Shown here piece after piece: positions 61,344 through 64,000 of a DNA stretch of 64,000 bases. The position numbers and the translations under genes were made by a program. Where the stretch lies: contig JBBDUG010000033.1 in the NCBI GenBank assembly GCA_040904025.1, positions 365 to 64,364 on the forward strand, given 5' to 3'. This stretch comes from Minisyncoccota bacterium. GTDB lineage: Bacteria; Patescibacteriota; Minisyncoccia; Phycocordibacterales; SW-6-46-9. The notes beneath the pieces are model-generated. The model was not told where the DNA came from and did not search any database. It saw only the letters and a list, made by a program, of their open reading frames with translations. Position 1 is the stretch's first letter. Each line of letters opens with the position of its first letter.

Positions 61344-61448
61344 AACTTCACCGCGACTGTGTAAAGAAAAAAGTTTAAATAAAATCATATCTTTATCATA
61401 TTATTCTCTGTTGTCTCTATAATCATACGCTGCATATCTAACCAGGGA

Positions 61449-62264
61449 TCAATAATCAAACTCAGAAAATCCGAAGTCAAGAATACGATTATCACGATTT
61501 ATCTCATCGATCTGCTCTATATCCTCCGCTTCAAGATTCCAAGAGAGCGTCTCCCAATTATCACGTATATGCTCTCTTTTGTTCGAGCGTGGAATTGCCA
61601 CCGCCCCTTTTGCAAGTATCCAATTCAATACAACCTGAGCTGTACTTACATCATATTTTTCTGCAATCTCTTTAATAACCGGCTCTTTTAAATCCGCCCC
61701 TTGTGCAAGAGGAGAATACGCAGTCAAAACAATATCTTCATTCTTGCAATATTCTAAAAGCTCCTTTTGATAGAAGGTGGGATGAAATTCAACCTGATTA
61801 CACACAATATCTCCCCCGAGCTCTTTTTCATCCTCAAGATGATGGATGGTAAAGTTGGAGACACCAATGTAGCGCACTTTACCCTCGTCCCGTATCTCAT
61901 GAAGTGCTTTTAGTGTATCTTCAAGAGGAATATTCCGATTCGGCCAATGAATGAGGTAGAGATCAACATAATCCGTATTGAGTAGATTGAGAGTCTGTTC
62001 TATTTCAGTCTTTACCCCTTCATAATGAAGGTTGGTATGCCACACCTTTGAGGTGATAAATATGTCCTCACGATCAACGCTACTTTTCTCTACCGCCTCC
62101 CCTATTGCATCCTGATTCTTGTACACCGAGGCGGTATCAATATGCCGATATCCAATATCTAAAGCTGCAGAAACCATATCAACCGCCCCCTGATCAGTTA
62201 ATCTATACGTCCCCAAGCCAAGTGCGGGAATTTTAAAATCCTTTTTTCCGTGAACGTATTTCAT
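61449..62264 (-). CDS. Aldo/keto reductase
   Basis: GLGTY, IDTA..Y, TSKV, LYLIHWP, GVSNF, AYSPL. Confidence 0.95.
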   Translation of the reverse strand: MKYVHGKKDFKIPALGLGTYRLTDQGAVDMVSAALDIGYRHIDTASVYKNQDAIGEAVEKSSVDREDIFITSKVWHTNLHYEGVKTEIEQTLNLLNTDYVDLYLIHWPNRNIPLEDTLKALHEIRDEGKVRYIGVSNFTIHHLEDEKELGGDIVCNQVEFHPTFYQKELLEYCKNEDIVLTAYSPLAQGADLKEPVIKEIAEKYDVSTAQVVLNWILAKGAVAIPRSNKREHIRDNWETLSWNLEAEDIEQIDEINRDNRILDFGFSEFDY

Positions 62265-62280
62265 ACCCCCATTATACACT

Positions 62281-63159
62281 CTACCCATTCACACACGCAT
62301 TATACGCACGTACATTCTTATTATATTCTTCAATATCACGCTCCGTCTCTTCAACCAGATCATTAAAGTCATCAACAAGTGAGTTATACGCCTCCACGTT
62401 CTCCTGATTACGGTCTTCTTCGACATCTTGCCTCAGAGCGAGTAATTGTTCTTCCCAGATCTCAAGCTGTACTTGATTCCCCCCTATTTCTTGAGAGAGT
62501 CTGCCATTAACCTGAGGACAAGCACTCTTCGGCAATCCAAACTCCTGGACAGCAACCCATACCTCACGCCCATCATATACTCCGCGCGCAACTCCAACAC
62601 CTATCTCACTAAATTTCTCATGCAGAATGTTCGCTCGATGCCCCGGAGAATTCATCCACGCCTCAACAAGATCTCGATCATTTTCAAATACACCCATTGC
62701 TAAATTCTCTCCAACGAGAATATAGTCATATCCTACTGCTTCCACCACATCAGAAGGACCTCTCCCATCCGGACTCACATGTGCAAAATATCGCTCGTCA
62801 AGAATATCTCGCGCTTTGTTGTATGCAGCCTGTGAGAGAGTGGGGTTTTCTTTCAAAGAAAGTTGTGCATTTAATGCACGCTCTATATTTGATTCTATGA
62901 TAATACCAGAGACGGTAAGTTCTGTTCCCGATATGTCTCCATCCGAGGAGACAAAAAGTGGTTCCTTGGGAACCAAAACTCTCTCTATCCTCTCTATTGT
63001 TGCGTCACGCGCCTCACCTATATTATCTGAGATACGTATATCTGTGAGAACATGTGGTGCACCGATAAAAATACGGGCCACATCTCCAAACACACCAAAT
63101 TGCACCTGTATGAAGACAAGCGCTGCTGCAATTAGTATGTAAATACTATATCGCTTCAT
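62281..63159 (-). CDS. CAP (SCP) domain protein with a C-terminal coiled coil
   Basis: YFAHVSP, GENLA, WMNSPGHRANIL, EIGVG. Confidence 0.9.
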   Translation of the reverse strand: MKRYSIYILIAAALVFIQVQFGVFGDVARIFIGAPHVLTDIRISDNIGEARDATIERIERVLVPKEPLFVSSDGDISGTELTVSGIIIESNIERALNAQLSLKENPTLSQAAYNKARDILDERYFAHVSPDGRGPSDVVEAVGYDYILVGENLAMGVFENDRDLVEAWMNSPGHRANILHEKFSEIGVGVARGVYDGREVWVAVQEFGLPKSACPQVNGRLSQEIGGNQVQLEIWEEQLLALRQDVEEDRNQENVEAYNSLVDDFNDLVEETERDIEEYNKNVRAYNACVNG

Positions 63160-63281
63160 TGAAGAACATTATTAATTCTGTTCTCCATAATAGTATCAGA
63201 AGATACTGTATTACAGTACTTCACTTCTTTTATATATACTGTCATATATACTGTACGTATTAGGAACCTAACACAACCACT

Positions 63282-63473
63282 ATGCTTCCAAACACAACAT
63301 ATGACCTTGCCGAACAACTCTCACAAGAAAGCAAGAGTCTCTGGCGGATTGAAAATGAATATATTCAAAATGCCGAGGGAAACGGAGAACTTACCACATT
63401 CTGGAAGGAGATGAAGAAAGATAAGGAACAACACATTACGCGCATCACAGAGCTTCTTAAGAAAGAGCTTTAA
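63282..63473 (+). CDS. Small ferritin-like half-bundle protein
   Basis: Two helices with E/H ligand-like pattern (QESKS..Y; DKEQH). Confidence 0.6.
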   Translation: MLPNTTYDLAEQLSQESKSLWRIENEYIQNAEGNGELTTFWKEMKKDKEQHITRITELLKKEL

Positions 63474-64000
63474 CTACGACTCTATTTGAGTACCAAGGTA
63501 CTCATAGCAATACCAATAATCATCATAGCTAGTGATGTATGCATTGCATTCACTTGAATCAATTTCCCGCTTTTGATACCACAGTAAGTATGCACCAGAA
63601 GGACCCCCAGATACTCCATTGTGATTGGAATGAAAAAGGTATTCATTTGTTGCAAAGTTATCACCTGATATATCTGGTCGAGGTAATTCGGTGAAATATT
63701 CAAGCAAGGCGTTGGTTAACGTGGCACTACTTGAATATGCACCCTTCCAACATGTCTCGCCCGCTGGGGCAAGGCACCTCCACGTCCCTCCGGTAAAGGG
63801 ATATGCCCCTGTCTCCTGTCGTATTGAAGAAAGTGCAATTTTAATCTGATTGCGATCAGCTAACCGTCGAGCATCTGCCGCCTTAGTACGTGCAAAATTA
63901 AGTGAAGCCAAAACAACGGAAGCAAGAACACCAATGATTGCAATCACAACCAGAAGCTCTATGAGTGTAAAACCTCTCCTTTTGAAATGTTCTGTTACTG
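63474..64000 (-). CDS. Type IV pilin/prepilin (partial, start beyond right edge)
   Basis: Frame extends upstream of the ORF-track start: KRRG|FTLIELLVVIAIIGVLASVVLASL. Confidence 0.92.
   Translation of the reverse strand, partial: VTEHFKRRGFTLIELLVVIAIIGVLASVVLASLNFARTKAADARRLADRNQIKIALSSIRQETGAYPFTGGTWRCLAPAGETCWKGAYSSSATLTNALLEYFTELPRPDISGDNFATNEYLFHSNHNGVSGGPSGAYLLWYQKREIDSSECNAYITSYDDYWYCYEYLGTQIES

Overview
This is a gene-dense chromosomal segment, mostly coded on the minus strand. It very likely comes from a Patescibacteria/CPR bacterium (Parcubacteria-like), inferred from trimmed PheS/PheT/ValS, a VirB2/TrbC-like pilin array and the gene neighbourhood. Standard genetic code. Housekeeping content: gyrA, gyrB, valS, leuS, pheST, alr, tsf, rpsB, prfA, L31B, L25, mltG, ychF, nth, two tRNAs (Lys-CTT, Thr-TGT), and a sugar cluster (gap, rpiB, rpe, split transketolase, fba, PfkB kinase, GT4 trehalose enzyme). 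It also carries malic enzyme, NDH-2 and a two-ECF-sigma envelope locus. No CRISPR, integrase, transposase or phage genes were seen. Best leads: (1) a secreted OmpA-like + coiled-coil + apparent 8-stranded beta-barrel protein in a lineage thought to lack an outer membrane; (2) two promoter-to-terminator structured non-coding RNA candidates (about 18017-18227 + and 50028-50152 -); (3) a four-copy GTAAG-N16-CGT(C/T)T ECF promoter motif suggesting a sigma cascade that includes a murein hydrolase; (4) widespread leaderless starts on core genes versus Shine-Dalgarno-led accessory genes; (5) a Nudix domain inserted in LeuRS; (6) a fungal-type trehalose phosphorylase. All calls come from reading the sequence by eye; no searches were run.
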